DNA of 64,000 nucleotides, from the NCBI RefSeq assembly GCF_021028975.2, contig NC_059426.1, positions 42,904,001 to 42,968,000 on the forward strand. The letters run 5' to 3'. The DNA is from Sphaerodactylus townsendi (lineage: Eukaryota). The notes beneath the pieces were generated by a model. That model did no database searches. It was not told the DNA's origin and was given only the letters and a program-made list of their open reading frames with translations. Position numbers and translations under genes: made by a program. Shown one piece after another: positions 48,680 to 61,745 of the stretch (position 1 is its first letter; each line of letters begins with the position of its first letter).

Positions 48680-51600
48680 CTGGAGGTAGAAAAACACTGT
48701 CGCAGCAAAAGGTAGAGCTGGCTTAACATTTTGTCTTCCACGATTAGGAAACAAGACCTAACTACACAATGAAGATCACAGGGAGTTTGGCAACTGAAAG
48801 TCTCTCTCATCAAAATGGAAGTTTAAAGCAGGCAGAACAGAGGCCCAGAAAGCAGGATTTCGTTACTGGAATCAAGTTACAAAGGGCAGCAACAAAAACG
48901 GTATTCACCACATTTCTTTGGGGGAAAAGCACAATAGATTAGTATTTATAGAAGGGCAGGGTCCAGGGAATAGAATCAGTACAGAAGGATATGTGAGGTA
49001 TCACTTTCACTTGTTTGTTAATGATGTAAGCTTCAGGTTTGCTTTAAACTGAAACTGTGGTATGTTTCCACAGCAAGTTAAAAAAAAACCTCACTCAGTG
49101 TTCATGGTAAAAATTGTGTAGCAAAAATTATATTGCTCATGCAATATACACACTTCACTTTTCACTACTAATACAGCCAACAGTCACAATGTCATGTTAA
49201 AATTTATGAGAAATCTATATGGTGACGATCTTGTGAAGAAGATATATATGTGGCATGTATTTATTGGATGTCAGCATTAAAGGGCAGAAATGACCAATTA
49301 AAGGCTTTTAGCTAACAAGTTTCTAACCAGTTGTCTAATGTTAACATGTGCCATCTGTACACAGAACCATTAGTATTCTGGAGTAGAGGATTTTGGGGGG
49401 CATGTGTATAAAGTGTGGCCTATGAAACCATCAGTGGATCTCGAATGTAGCCTAATGAGATTTGTATAGTTGGATTTTGCCTGTCCACCTCCCCTCCCCT
49501 GCCCCCATGGCACTTCCTGAGCTGTCCTCACCTCTACATGTTTTCCTGCCCTCATCCAACTCTCACTTCTTCTGTGACTTCTTCTTCCACATAGCCTCCC
49601 ACAGGCTCTCACTTGTCTTCCTTTCACAATCATATAATCTTTCACTTTTCATCATGACCTCACATACTCCAGGAGCGACACAACACACACACACACTTAT
49701 CATCGCCAAAGAACAAATTTTCCTCAAATTTCTTGTTTCCCGTCACATCCCTGAAGTTCCCAGAGACCAACATGAACCATAATTTGGCATTCCTGGTGTA
49801 ACTACCCAGAGTGCTTGACATTTTTCATCCTCACCTGTAGAACAGCTGGCACATTTGAGCCATCTGAGAATTAAAAAATACTTAACTTGTGTGACCTTTA
49901 AATCACCACAAGCCCATCAATTTTTCAATTCTAGCTTCTAAGGCTTCTGTACTAAGATGGTGGTGATGATAGAAGAATGAGAAGGTAATAACTATCCATC
50001 TAACTCTTTTATTGAAGTGAAGGTTATTGCTTCTAGCTGGTGGGCACAAATCCAACAACCATGCAGCCAAGCCTGGCTTCATCCTTCACCCTGAAGCTTA
50101 GTGACACTAAAGGGCTAGGCCCAAGACATTTGGTCAAGATACTGCTTGAAGTCCAAAAGATTCATTCATGATAAACATGTTAGCAAGATTGACTTGCAGA
50201 ATATTCTGAGTTCTACCCTTCTGCCAACCACAATTCTCTTTCACTCTGTTATCTTCCACAGAAAAATACTTAAGAGGTAGACTTTTCAACTTTCTGCCCT
50301 TTTGCAGAGTCCCAAGCCCTTAGGTTAAGAATGTGGATTTGAGATAAACAAATTAATTGCTTTACGTTAATGATAGGGGCCAAAATTCAAAAGCAGTGAT
50401 CTGTGGGTTACAATATACCTACCTCCAATCACAGCACCACACAATAGGACAAAAATGTGACATTATCTGGAGGCATGCAATCTAGAAATCACTGGTAATT
50501 TAATGCTACATATCACTTGGGGAAGGAACGTTTACTGCACATAGTAAAGAGACTTAATGTTCTTGGAGGAATGGCAACAGTTGGGCAAACATATCACAAT
50601 GCAGTATTTGATGGTGGTATATTTAAATCTCTTGAAAGACTACAGTAGCCCAAATTTCTGATGTGGGGCACTGATTGAATGTTATTAAAACCTTCTGGTG
50701 TGCTATTAAACGTTACATCATAATGTAATCCTGCTGCCAAGTTTAGAGCAATAACGGGCCATCACCACGGCTTCATAAGTAACCTTTTCTTTAATGTCGG
50801 TGGTATCAGCTCCAACTGGTAATGTATACATAACTTAACTCCCCTTGTAAGTTACAACTACTGTAGCGCATAGGAGAACAGTATGTTCACACAATGAAGT
50901 CCAACTGGCACGATGCCACCTTTGGGTGTTATTTTCTTTGAGAGAGTGTGTCTATCTACAACCAGTAATCACCAATGGGAATATGATCACACTCACTCTA
51001 TTAGGTATGTGTCAGATGGAGTTATTTCAACTGTTATTTCAACAGTCAATTCAACTGCTTATCTAAAAATGTACATACGAACAATGAAGACAAATGCTAT
51101 CAAGTGCTGTGCACAGAGCATCTTTGTCACTGCAGCAACAAGAACAGTAAATACATGCAGCACAACACTGGCCTGGAGAATTTCTACTCAGCTCAAAAAA
51201 AAAAACATTTAAAGCCACTTCACATGTTCAGAGAAAGAGAGGGCATTACAGACTTGGACATTCACCCTTCATGTTCATGCTGCTATTTCTTTAAAAAATG
51301 AAGGACAGAGGATATACCCAGGGCTGGTTCCAGGTTTTGGGAGGGCCCGAACAGACCATTCCCAGCCTCCACTGCCCTCCTCTGCTCACCCCCAGGCCTT
51401 CTTCCCACATCCTCCTTCTTTCCCACCCATCCACATGCCTCCCATTTGCCTGCTCTCCCACTATCAGTGCTAACCAGCTCTGTCTGCTGCCTTTTCTCCA
51501 GTGTTCCGGTGGTGCCACTTCAGACAGCAGCTAGGAGACTTGTTAAAAAAATTGATCTTTATCCTAGAACATTTGACCAGCAGTTGCATCCTTTCTCCCT

Positions 51601-52435
51601 GATGTGCTAATTTTATATTTCTAGGGAGGGATTTTCCTTTTTTATATAGAAGAGCATTAAACACGGCACATCCCACATGCAGTCCAAAGTAGTGGTGTAC
51701 AAGGGGGAACCCACAAGAGGGGTCATTATCCCCAACTTTGGTTCCTCCCCTCCCTTCTACTTTTCTACCGCTTGCTCTTTCTCCATCCTACTACACCTTC
51801 TCTAACTCTTTACCCCTCGTTCTGCTCTCCTGCCCCAGCCCTCTTTCTCTCTTTCTGCCACCCATCTCAGCTCTCCTTCTCTCTTTTGCCCAACTACCCC
51901 AGAGCTCTCTTTTCCTCTCTTTCTGTTCCCCTAGTTCAGCACTGTTTTTTTCTGTCCCTGCCCCAGTTCTCTCTTTTTCTCTGCCCCTCCCCCCATTAGA
52001 TTTGCTCTTACTGATTCACCCAGAGTCACTTCAGGGGGACACAATGACTCCCACTCCACCCCCCTCCACCCCCAGTCTCTCACCAGACTGCTATGCTACT
52101 GCTTCTACTGCCAGGCCCATAGAACATCTGGGCTGTGCCATCTGATGTAAATACATTCTCAGCATTTGCTCAAAGAACATTTATTTATTTGGGGGGAATT
52201 CAAAGCCCCAAATGTTTTTTAATGTCAGATTTTTTTTGCAGACCTAGTGCTGATCTGAAGATGTAGGTATCCACAGATGGGGACCTCACTTAAGAATTTG
52301 ATATATATATATAAATATACCTCAGTTTGCTTTGGGTATAGGATAGACCTATGATAATTATTTGAAGTGCTTAGGTATACTATACATTTAAGACATGATT
52401 TTACTTTGATGGGCTCCTATGGAACCCCAGCAATG

Positions 52436-52570
52436 NNNNNNNNNNNNNNNNNNNNNNNNNNNNNNNNNNNNNNNNNNNNNNNNNNNNNNNNNNNNNNNNN
52501 NNNNNNNNNNNNNNNNNNNNNNNNNNNNNNNNNNNNNNNNNNNNNNNNNNNNNNNNNNNNNNNNNNNNNN
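52436..52570. other. Assembly gap (135 N)
   Basis: Run of N followed by duplicated MITE fragments and (AC)n(TC)n. Confidence 1.
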
Positions 52571-54482
52571 GAATTGTAGTCCATAACATCTATGAATTGT
52601 AGTCCATAACACACACACACACTCTCTCACTCTCTCTCTCTCTCTCTCTGGCTGGGCCTGATTCCATCTCGGGCCCCGCCTTTCCCCCTCCCTCTCTGAC
52701 CTTTGGATCGGGCGCCTGTTTTTAACAACTTTTGTTGTTTTAATTTCTATTCATTTAAAGTAACTGCTGCCATTAGATTTTAATGGGGTTAAGTTATATT
52801 TTTGTATTTATTTGCTGTCATTGTGAACAGCCATATTGTGAGCCGACTCGAGCCCTTCGGGAGTGAGGCGGCCTATAAATCAAACAAACAAACAAATAAA
52901 TAAATAAACACACACACACACACACACACAACCAGATCTACACAGATGCATTTATAGAGATAAGTGGGTTTATATGGTTGAATGGATGGGAAGAAAAGTA
53001 TAGCAGAAACCAGAAAAAGAGAATGAAATACTATGAAACGTGATCAAGTGATTCACTTTGGCCAAATGGTTCCGCAACAAGGAGATCAAAATGCAGAGAA
53101 ACCACACTAGTAGATATTGCACAGCTCCTACTTCTCAAGCAGCATGGAAGATTTATTTGCTTTGTGCAAGTGTTTAGAATACCATTACAGCTGCATTTTC
53201 AGGAACTGCCCTTGCATGTCAGGAAACGAATACTCTGCAGGAAATGAACATGCTGCCAACACCACTTCTGTTCAAGTCTATTTTTGAGGTCCAGGAGCTT
53301 CTTTAAGCCACTGATCACAGCAGTGAGGCATTTTAGATTAGGAGCCCTGGGTGATTTGTGATCTGAGAAGTACACTGAGAGTGAGGGGACATACTAATAA
53401 AACCAGAAAAGAATGGGTGGTGGTGGTAGAAAGGAAACAAAAGTCTAAAATGAAACTGCCTGCTCTGCTTTCCTATTAGCATTTTAAATGATAACAGTCT
53501 TCCTTTATAGCTGGGCTGGTTCTAATTGTACTTTCCTTAAAGATCTATCTAGATACCAAAGCACTAGAATTCAATTGCATGGTATTGGAACTTTTTTTTC
53601 CCTTCAATAGTATAGATATTTCACATTTCTGTAAATGCGACTCTGAAGGAATAGCTGTTCTTCTATGTAATAGAGACATTTGTATGGAGAATGTGCCATG
53701 TGGGTTCTGACAGAAATAAAACTAATCAACATTGCTTTTGTTTTATAGGGATTTCCCCTACTACTAGCTTTTTGACAAGCTGCCATTTTGGGAGGCACTC
53801 TCTGCTTCATCATATTGTGACCACAGCTCTTGCCTAGCACACCTGTTTTCATGCTAAGAGCTCTTTTGTGGAGATTTAGTCTGCCAACACCTATTCATGG
53901 TAGTCCAAACTGCCTGCCAAATTCCCCCCAGCATACCTGAACTGGCGTGAAGTCAAAGCTTATGAAACAAAATCATATAAGCTAACATACCCAACAATGG
54001 AACTGGGAGAAAAAAGTCACAAAAATCTGCTGAAATAGAAACACTGTCAAATTGGTATTTTGCCTCATGGAGGTATTCAAAGTGACCTATGGTACACGAA
54101 AAAGAACTTTCATTGAACATACAATAAATACGTACAATATATATAATTACTCTGAACATACACATGATAAAAGAAGCAGCATAGAAGCAGAAAGAATGAA
54201 AGCTGAACTAACCAAAGTCAACATTCCCAGCACACATACCTACGAACACACCAAGACTCAGGCCAGATTTTGCTCAGCAGCTAAAAGATAGCTCCAGGGG
54301 CACATTTATCAGGAGGAAATTTCTCAAGGATGGTGCACTACAGAAGACTTATCTCCAAGAGAAGCACATTTCATGCTTGACTGAGGAGTAATTAGGCCCT
54401 TCAGTGATGATCTCAGTGAGTGGGCAGTATACACGAGGAGACAGACAGGCCTTCATATACCCTGGATCTGGATGACGAAGAA

Positions 54483-54786
54483 GGAGGAGGAGGAGGAGGA
54501 GGAGTTTGGATTTATATCCCCCCTTTCTCTCCTGCAGGAGACTCAAAGGGGCTTACAATCTCCTTGCCCTTCCCCCCTCACAACAAACACCCTGTGAGGT
54601 AGGTGGGGCTGAAAGAGCTCCGAGAAGCTGTGACTAGCCCAAGGTCACCCAGCTAGCGTGTGTGGGAGTGAACAGGCTAATCTGAATTCCCCAGATAAGC
54701 CTCCACAGCTCAAATGGCAGAGTGGGGAATCAAACCCAGTTCCTCCACATTAGAATGCATCTGCCTTAACCCCTACACCACTGCTG
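54483..54786 (-). mobile_element. Full-length tRNA-derived SINE (same family as 10278)
   Basis: Reverse-complement match to 10278-10593, with a (GGA)n tail on the + strand. Confidence 0.8.
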
Positions 54787-57164
54787 CTCCAACAATAGAA
54801 CTTCAAATTATGTCCAAAGAAACAAAGATCCCTGAGTACCAGAGAACTATGGCCTATAGCCGCACAACACTAAAGCATAAAGTTGCCAACCTTCAAATGG
54901 GGGCATGGAGACCTCCCAGAAGGCAGAGATCAGATCCCCTGGAGAAAATGGCTGCTTTAGAAGGCAGACTCTACCTCTATAATAGCAAAATATCCAACTG
55001 TGTGAGGATGGTCCCCATAGGCAGCTCTGTTATCAACTTGCCTATGTTCTGGGCCAGTTGAAGATTCTCTACAACTTAAAGCAGTTGTAAGTACAGGAGG
55101 AGCAGCAGTGTGCAGCAGTGCACACATACACACATCCATTGATCTGTGACCATTTCTGGCACATAGCTCCTCCTCTGGGGCAAAGAGGGAAAGGGAACAT
55201 TGGCAGCTGCTTACTGCCACTTGAGCAGGCCAAGTCCTGGCGCTGTCAATCCAGCTGCTCATCATGAGGAACAGAAGCTCCTCAGTTCTTCACCAGGATG
55301 ATAAACAACGGGGCAGTAATAACTGCTAGGAACAGCAGCATCACTACTCACCCACTCATACTTGTCTTGTGTGTGCCTTCCAAAGGGGAACAGTCCATTA
55401 TAACCCCAGTAGTTGCCACAGTAAGTCTTCCTGCCAGTTTATGATAATCTCAAGTGCTCCCAGTTGCATAGGCTGAGTGGTCTGAATCGGAGACAACAAT
55501 TTTTTGGTAACGGCCCCCAAGCTTTGGAACTCCCTCTCCATAGAGGCTCACCTGGTGCCAAATTTATAAGGCTTTACGCAGTTGATGAAGATGTTTCTAT
55601 TCTTCCAAGGTTTCTAACTGCAGCTACATCATGCAGTATTATTACTCATCCTGTTTTTAATCTCATGGCTATTTTCCAATTCTCTTCCTGATTTTCTGCT
55701 GATTACTTTTAGGTCTGTCTATCTTCGTTACCTTCATAAATAAGCCAGAATTGATACAGAGTCGTCAGCACATCCAAAGAGAATAAAATTTCAAGGGCAC
55801 ATAATTAATACAAAAGTCTTAACCAGCTGATTCCTTGTTGAAGATGCTGAGGCGCAAAATTTGGCCATCTTGAAGGTGGTGTGTTTGAACAATCCAAGAG
55901 GAGGAGGGAAATATGAGGAAGAGATATATGAAGAGGCAAGATGTATTTAAAATACAATGGAGCACCATGCTATTTGACTCATCCTCTACAGCTGTGGCAG
56001 AGATTGCTTCTTATGAATGGAGACCCATTAAGGTAAGCAAAGATTTACCAAACATAGAAGGGTATTTTGGAAATGTCCAGGGCCTTGTGCGTGCTTGTGT
56101 TTTTTTGTTTTGCATTTCACTCTTTGAACATGAATGTGCATGCACACAAAACAGCACTGCAAATTACTTTCCTGAATTTCAAAAGGTTTGCTGTGTAGCA
56201 CCATTTACTGTGAGGGAAGAAATGTCAACAATTATGATTGATCCATGGGGTTAAAACAGAGCTCCCCAAGATGGTGAGCTGACATGTATCTGAAGGTGGG
56301 GGAGGGGAAGGCACAATAAACAGCAGTAAAGTGATAGAGTGAAGGGGCTTTCTACAGGAGAACCAGGGAGTAAGAGCAAGTCCTAAATATTCTCTGCAAA
56401 CATTACTTAATCCCCCCCCCATCCTATCCCTCTGGCAATTTTCTCCCAGGCTGTATCATTTCCAATCCCCAGAAGAAAACCTGCATGAAACATGCAGGGG
56501 AGAAGAAGCAGATAAAACCAGAGTTTGGCAAACCAGTAACTACCCTTTCTTTGTTGAAAATTGCTGTTCCCTTGCTACTGTTCTACGGCTCAACAGTGAC
56601 CCTTAAAAGACACAAGTCTGCTAAAGTCATGGATGTGTTCTTTTCTCAATGGCAGTTTCAAGATTTCACTTTACACATATGTGACATTAAACAGCAGGGG
56701 ATAAAAGATACAGGTCAGCAGACAGTTAAATAAGGATGATAACGGCAGCATTTACATCGTGCTTTTCAAGTTCAAAATGAGTCATTGTTGTAATCTTTAC
56801 AAACAGCCCATTAAGCAAGTTGGTTATTATTACATTTCATATTGAGCTTGAGGCTGAAAGTAGTTTGGCTGAGGTCACTGAGTGGGTTTGCAGCAGTGAT
56901 TAAATTTTTATTTCCCAGATCTCACCTTGCGCCATGGCCACTGAAACATGCCTGTGTGACACAGCGAGATAACAAGTCCTAAAAAGTTGGAGGCTGGATT
57001 ACATGACATTCCATCTCAACAATTTTTCTGTACAAGCACAAATAAGCCACGAGGCACCTCCTAACTTTTCCCTTGGCATCCCTAACAGAGGTATGTTGTT
57101 GGGTAGAGTCTCTTTAAAGAGGTGTAGTTGCCAGAGGTAAGAACCCTCTTTTGAATAAGGATAT

Positions 57165-57862
57165 TATTCATCCCATCCCCCATTCTTTGTTAAGGAGATG
57201 GGGGCTACCTTTTTGAGGGTTAATAACTTTGGACCCCCTGAACCAAACTGCACCAAACCTTGGGGGTGCCCTCATGACAGTCTCCAGATGATACCCTGAA
57301 ATTTTGGTGCTGATACGTCCAAAACTACCCCACAAAAACCCTGCAGGAGCATCCTGAAATTTGCCCAAGAATCTTTGTTCTGCATTGAGTTTTCTGCATT
57401 GCTGTCAATGGGGGTTGCAGGCTGGGGGGGGGCACATTTCTGAATGCACAGTCTCAAAACTTTCATGGTCTCATCAGGAGACTGCCCTAATGATACCTCC
57501 CAGGTTTGGTGCATTTTGGTTCAGGGGGGCCAAAGTTATGGACCCTCAAAACTGTAGCCCCCATCTCCTATTAGCTCCCATTGGAAACAATGGGGGATAG
57601 GGGCACTCCTTTGGGAGTCCATAACTTTGGACTCCCTGAACCAAACCTCACCAAACCGGGGGGGGGGGGGGGGGTAGCATACGGACAGTCTCCTAACGAT
57701 ACACTGAAATTTTTGTGCTGCTAGCCTAAAAACTGCGCCCCCTGCAGGCCAAAAATGGATATCCACTAAAAACAACCAAAAACGAACCCTGCATTTTGAT
57801 GCCCCCCACAAGGTGGTGCCCTGGGCAGCTGCCCACCTTGCCCAATGGGCATTACGCCCCTG
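57165..57862. mobile_element. Non-autonomous DNA element with three alternating-orientation subunits; hAT-like right end
   Basis: ATAACTTTGGAC.CCCTGAACCAAA...CACCAAACC occurs at ~57222 (+), ~57500-57540 (-) and ~57621 (+). Ends GGGCATTACGCCCCTG. Confidence 0.55.
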
Positions 57863-58138
57863 CCGTGTGGCATAGTGGTTAAGTGCTTGCACTGCCACTC
57901 ACACGGTCAGGAGTTCAAACCCCCTGTGGGTCAGATATCCTGGCAGCTGGCTCATGGTCAACTCAGCCATCCATCCATTCTTGGTCAGTAAATTAGTACC
58001 TAGCACCTAGCTAGGGGGTAAAGAATAGCCAGGGAAAGCAATGGCAAACTACCTCACAAAAACGGCTTGCCTATGAAATCACTGCTTGCAGTGGTACCCC
58101 AGGGTCGGATACGAGTGAAGGGGAAACTTTACTTTACC
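57862..58138 (+). mobile_element. Sauria SINE (Squam1-like; tRNA head, BovB-like tail)
   Basis: A-box TGGCATAGTGG, B-box GAGTTCAAACC, GGTCAACTCAGCC.TCCATCC core, GCAATGGCAAAC, and tail ACTTTACTTTACC. Confidence 0.8.
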
Positions 58139-60081
58139 TAACCCAGACTATATACTGTCATGAAAAAACTGCAACCCCAACAGTCTGTTACTTAATCATT
58201 ACTTATCAAAAGTAGCCAAATGAAAGTTGCAAAATTACTATGTTTTGTTATTATCTGTTTTAATATATTTTCATTTATTCATTCATTCATTTATTGGACT
58301 TGTATCCCACTCTCCCCCATAGTGCTTAGAGCAGCTAACAACAAACAAAACAGAATAACAGAATCAAATATGAACAATAAATAAATATGAACAGCAACAA
58401 GTACCCCAAAACCATAGTCCCAGCTTACCAGTCATCAAACATCACTAAACATAGCATATTAATAATATTAACATGTCTTAATGGAATAACAAATAGGTAT
58501 CTTATTTACCTCATGCTGGTCAATGCTAGTCTATCACAGTAATAAAGATTATTGTTTCTATTAAGGAAAGCTGTTATTGGGGGCTGTTACTCACTAGTGC
58601 TGAAGATCTGGGCTGGAAAGAGCCATTCATTCCACACAATCCATTTTTCCAATCTCTCCATCCAATCAATGTTGTAGCCTCTACTTCCAACCACTGCTAG
58701 TCTGTTAAGTAATGGGTGTAAGGGTCCAGACAGAGATCTCTAACTTCCCTTCCATCAAAGAAAACACAATCAGCACTAGGATAGTAAACTTGCCATGAGA
58801 GAAGTCTGTAATGGATTTCCTTCTCAAATTGTGTGAGGCAATTCATCAAGTCACTTATTCTTAAATAAAAATGTGGGGAGAGACACTTATAAACAAAATG
58901 AATGGAAACTATCATTAAACAGGTGCACTGTTAACAAATAACAAATATTTTGTCGTGAAGAACCTTCCCCTCCGGTCTGCATTATGGTTCAGGCTCCAGT
59001 GGAAAACATACATTTTGTTTCTGTTGTTTTCTGGCTGAACCATCTCAGCAAAAAAAATAGGACAGACAGAGGTGCATAAGCCACCATCAGAATGTTTCAG
59101 CTCGGGAAATCAAAGTGCCTATCAGACCAAGCAAAATTGTCCTGTTGCTGCCTCATTTTCCCAACACAGTTTATCATCCATGAGCACAAGAAGTTGTTAT
59201 TTCTGAAAGCATGCTCTCTAGCCACTCTTTCGTCTATTGAAGTCGTTGTGAAATACCTAAAATATCTAGTTTTCTTCCTTAAAGACAATATAAATCTGGC
59301 CAGGAATTTAACTTTTCATTTGTTTAAAATATATTACCCTACTTATTAAACCCAAGGCTGATCAAGGAAGCAAGAGGATTTTTCAGAACTATTGCTTGTA
59401 CATATGCAGATTTCATCTATTAAAGCACATGCAGTTAATCAATTCAGATTCATTTAATCAGTGACAGCAGCGATGTAGGCTCACCTAAATGCTTGGTCTT
59501 GTGGAACACTTCCTCTGATGAAAGGTATTCCCATCAGTAACACAGACCTTGTTCATCCACTCCACTCCACCCCCCACACCAGACGACCCCCAGGAAAAAT
59601 ATGAAGCGGAAGTTGGAGGTCCACTGAGGAAGGGGCAAATTAGCAAAAAAATCACTTCTTCTAAAGTAAAATTCTAAAGGTAAGACAATAAAAAGGAAGA
59701 TTTTACTGCTTTTCTAAAAGGTAACCAAATAAAAATCTCCCAGTCTCAAAGAAAGCCTCAGGGAGCACCCTGAACAGCAAAAAATGTTTGTGATGCACAA
59801 ATAGATGACAGATGAAGCAAGCTCATTTTGACAATTCAAGATAGTGAAGAAACAATGTTATGAAAAATTATAGCTATTTCTCGCTGATATTTGAATGGGG
59901 TGGTTTAGTCCTGTTGGGAACAACTTATTAGTTTGGTTCTAAGATTCATGTTAAATTCTGAATAATGAGATGTAGTTTTGCCTTAGCTGAGTGCTACCTT
60001 AAGAGTACTCCACAGATAAAGCACAGGTAAGAAGACCTCACAGATAAAAAGTGTTGGATAATCTCCTCATAGAGATTATAC

Positions 60082-60131
60082 CTTTGCACATCGAGCGGAG
60101 TGCACGGCGGCTGAGCACAGCAGAGCGGATC
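60082..60131 (-). other. Candidate 50-nt CpG-rich exon of an unidentified host gene
   Basis: TTCAG|GATCCGCTCTGCTGTGCTCAGCCGCCGTGCACTCCGCTCGATGTGCAAAG|GTATAA. Five CpGs in 50 nt amid CpG-poor DNA. Confidence 0.3.
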
Positions 60132-60224
60132 CTGAACATGCATGTGAGCTTCGGCACAAAGAAAAGTTGGAGTCATTTGTAGTTTGTAATCTAATAAAAA
60201 GAATATTTATCAGTGAACTCCATT

Positions 60225-61360
60225 CTGGATAGAAAGGCAGATAGATAGGTTCACTATTCTATTCTGATCTAGCTGGATGGGGATGGGTGCATGGAGCATC
60301 CATCCTCTCTACACACATGGTGCTGTAGATAGTTGGAGAGTAAGATGGAGTGAGAGAACTGGAAGGAAGGAAGTCCCTAAGAGTATCAGTTTAACATCAC
60401 AGGGATAGTGCCAGCATGATAAAGTAAAGATGCCAATCCCTAGGTCCCTATCTAGCATCTGGCTTACCAGTAAAACCCCCTCTGTGGTTGAGGCAGGAAA
60501 CAGTGTAAAGTCCTTCTCTTCCAACACTCCCTCTCGATGTTTCATGACTCAGGGCATCAGGTTTATCTTCATTCTGAGTTTTTCAAAGCAGGGTCTTGGT
60601 AGGGGCTTCATGAGAAGATCTGCAAGCATCTCAGTGGTAAGGCAGTAGATCAGTTGAATGACGCCATCCTTTTGCAGCTTTCTCACTATGTGGTATTTCA
60701 CGTCAATATGCTTGGTGCATTCCTTCACATCTTCTTGTTTTGAAAGTTGAATGCAGCTTTGGTTGTCTTCGTACACTGGTATGGGTTGTGGTATATCTAT
60801 GCCTAGATCTTTTAGTAGTTGACATGGCCACAATAACTTGTGACAAACATGTGCAGCAGATGCATATTCTGCTTCTGTGGTGGATGATGCTATCATTGCT
60901 TGTTTGGTGCTTGACTACCAAATGGGACCATTTGCAAAGAAAATGATCTGACCACTGGTGGATTTTCTCTCTGTTAGATCTCCACCCCAGTGTGAATCAG
61001 CATATGCTTTTAGTGTAGCATCAGTAGTGGCTGGTAGTTTCAGCTTAAAGTGTGCACTACCCTTGAGGTATCTAACAAGTCTCTTAATTGCATTCCAGTC
61101 TTTAACTGTAGGCGAAGCAGTCTTTCTGCACAATAAACCGACTGCTGTACAAATATGTGGTCTAGTGAGGGTACTAATGTACAAAAGTTTGCCTAAAGCC
61201 GTGGTGGCGAACCTTTGGCACTCCAGATGTTATGGACTACAATTCCCATCAGCCCCTGCCAGCATGGCCAATTGTAGGGGCTGATGGGAATTGTAGTCCA
61301 TAACATCTGGAGTGCCAAAGGTTCGCCACCACTGGCCTAAAGCTTCTCTATATCTTAATG
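60225..61360 (-). mobile_element. Ty1/Copia 3' fragment (RT end, RNase H, PPT, LTR) from a different family than 29452
   Basis: YREALGKLLYISTLTRPHI..KRLVRYLKG..AYADSHWGGDLTERKSTSG..W*..SSTTEAEY..YEDNQSCI..TKHIDVKYH..MLADLLMKPL. PPT GAGAGGGAG at 60527-60535. LTR starts TGTTGG at 60526. The distal LTR end is approximate. Confidence 0.9.
61199..61334. mobile_element. Palindromic hAT MITE inserted in the Copia RT
   Basis: TSD GCCTAAAG at 61191-61198 and 61335-61342. TIR C(C/A)GTGGTGGCGAACC. Confidence 0.92.
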
Positions 61361-61394
61361 ATATGTTCCCTTTTATCCCTTCCATTCCCCCTCT

Positions 61395-61745
61395 CATCTC
61401 TAAATGCCCCTCCCAACTCCGCTGAGCCCTCCCACCTCCTTGAAGTCTCGCTCAGCAGCTCCCGGCCCTGGCCTCGGCCTCGGCCACTCAGCCGTTCCCT
61501 GCCCGGGGGTGACACGTGGCTTGGCTGAGCCTCTTGGCCTCCAGCCGTCCGTCAGTCGGTGCCAGCCCTGGCCCCCATCGCATCCTCCCCAGTCTGCGGG
61601 GCGCTCCTCAGGCAGCTGCCCGGCTCGGTGCCAAGCTGGGTGGAGGTGCGGGCTCCAGCTCCGCAGGGCTCCCGGGCTGCTTAGCGGGGGAGTCCAGGGA
61701 GGGGGTTGCCCCCGCACCCAGACACCGCATTTATTGGCTTGTGCA
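61395..61745. other. Short CpG-island-like GC-rich segment
   Basis: Visibly GC- and CpG-dense against AT-rich flanks. Contains E-box CACGTG at ~61514. Confidence 0.6.

Noticed and set aside
52367-52630. ORFs containing X runs
   Set aside because: They read through the 135-N assembly gap.
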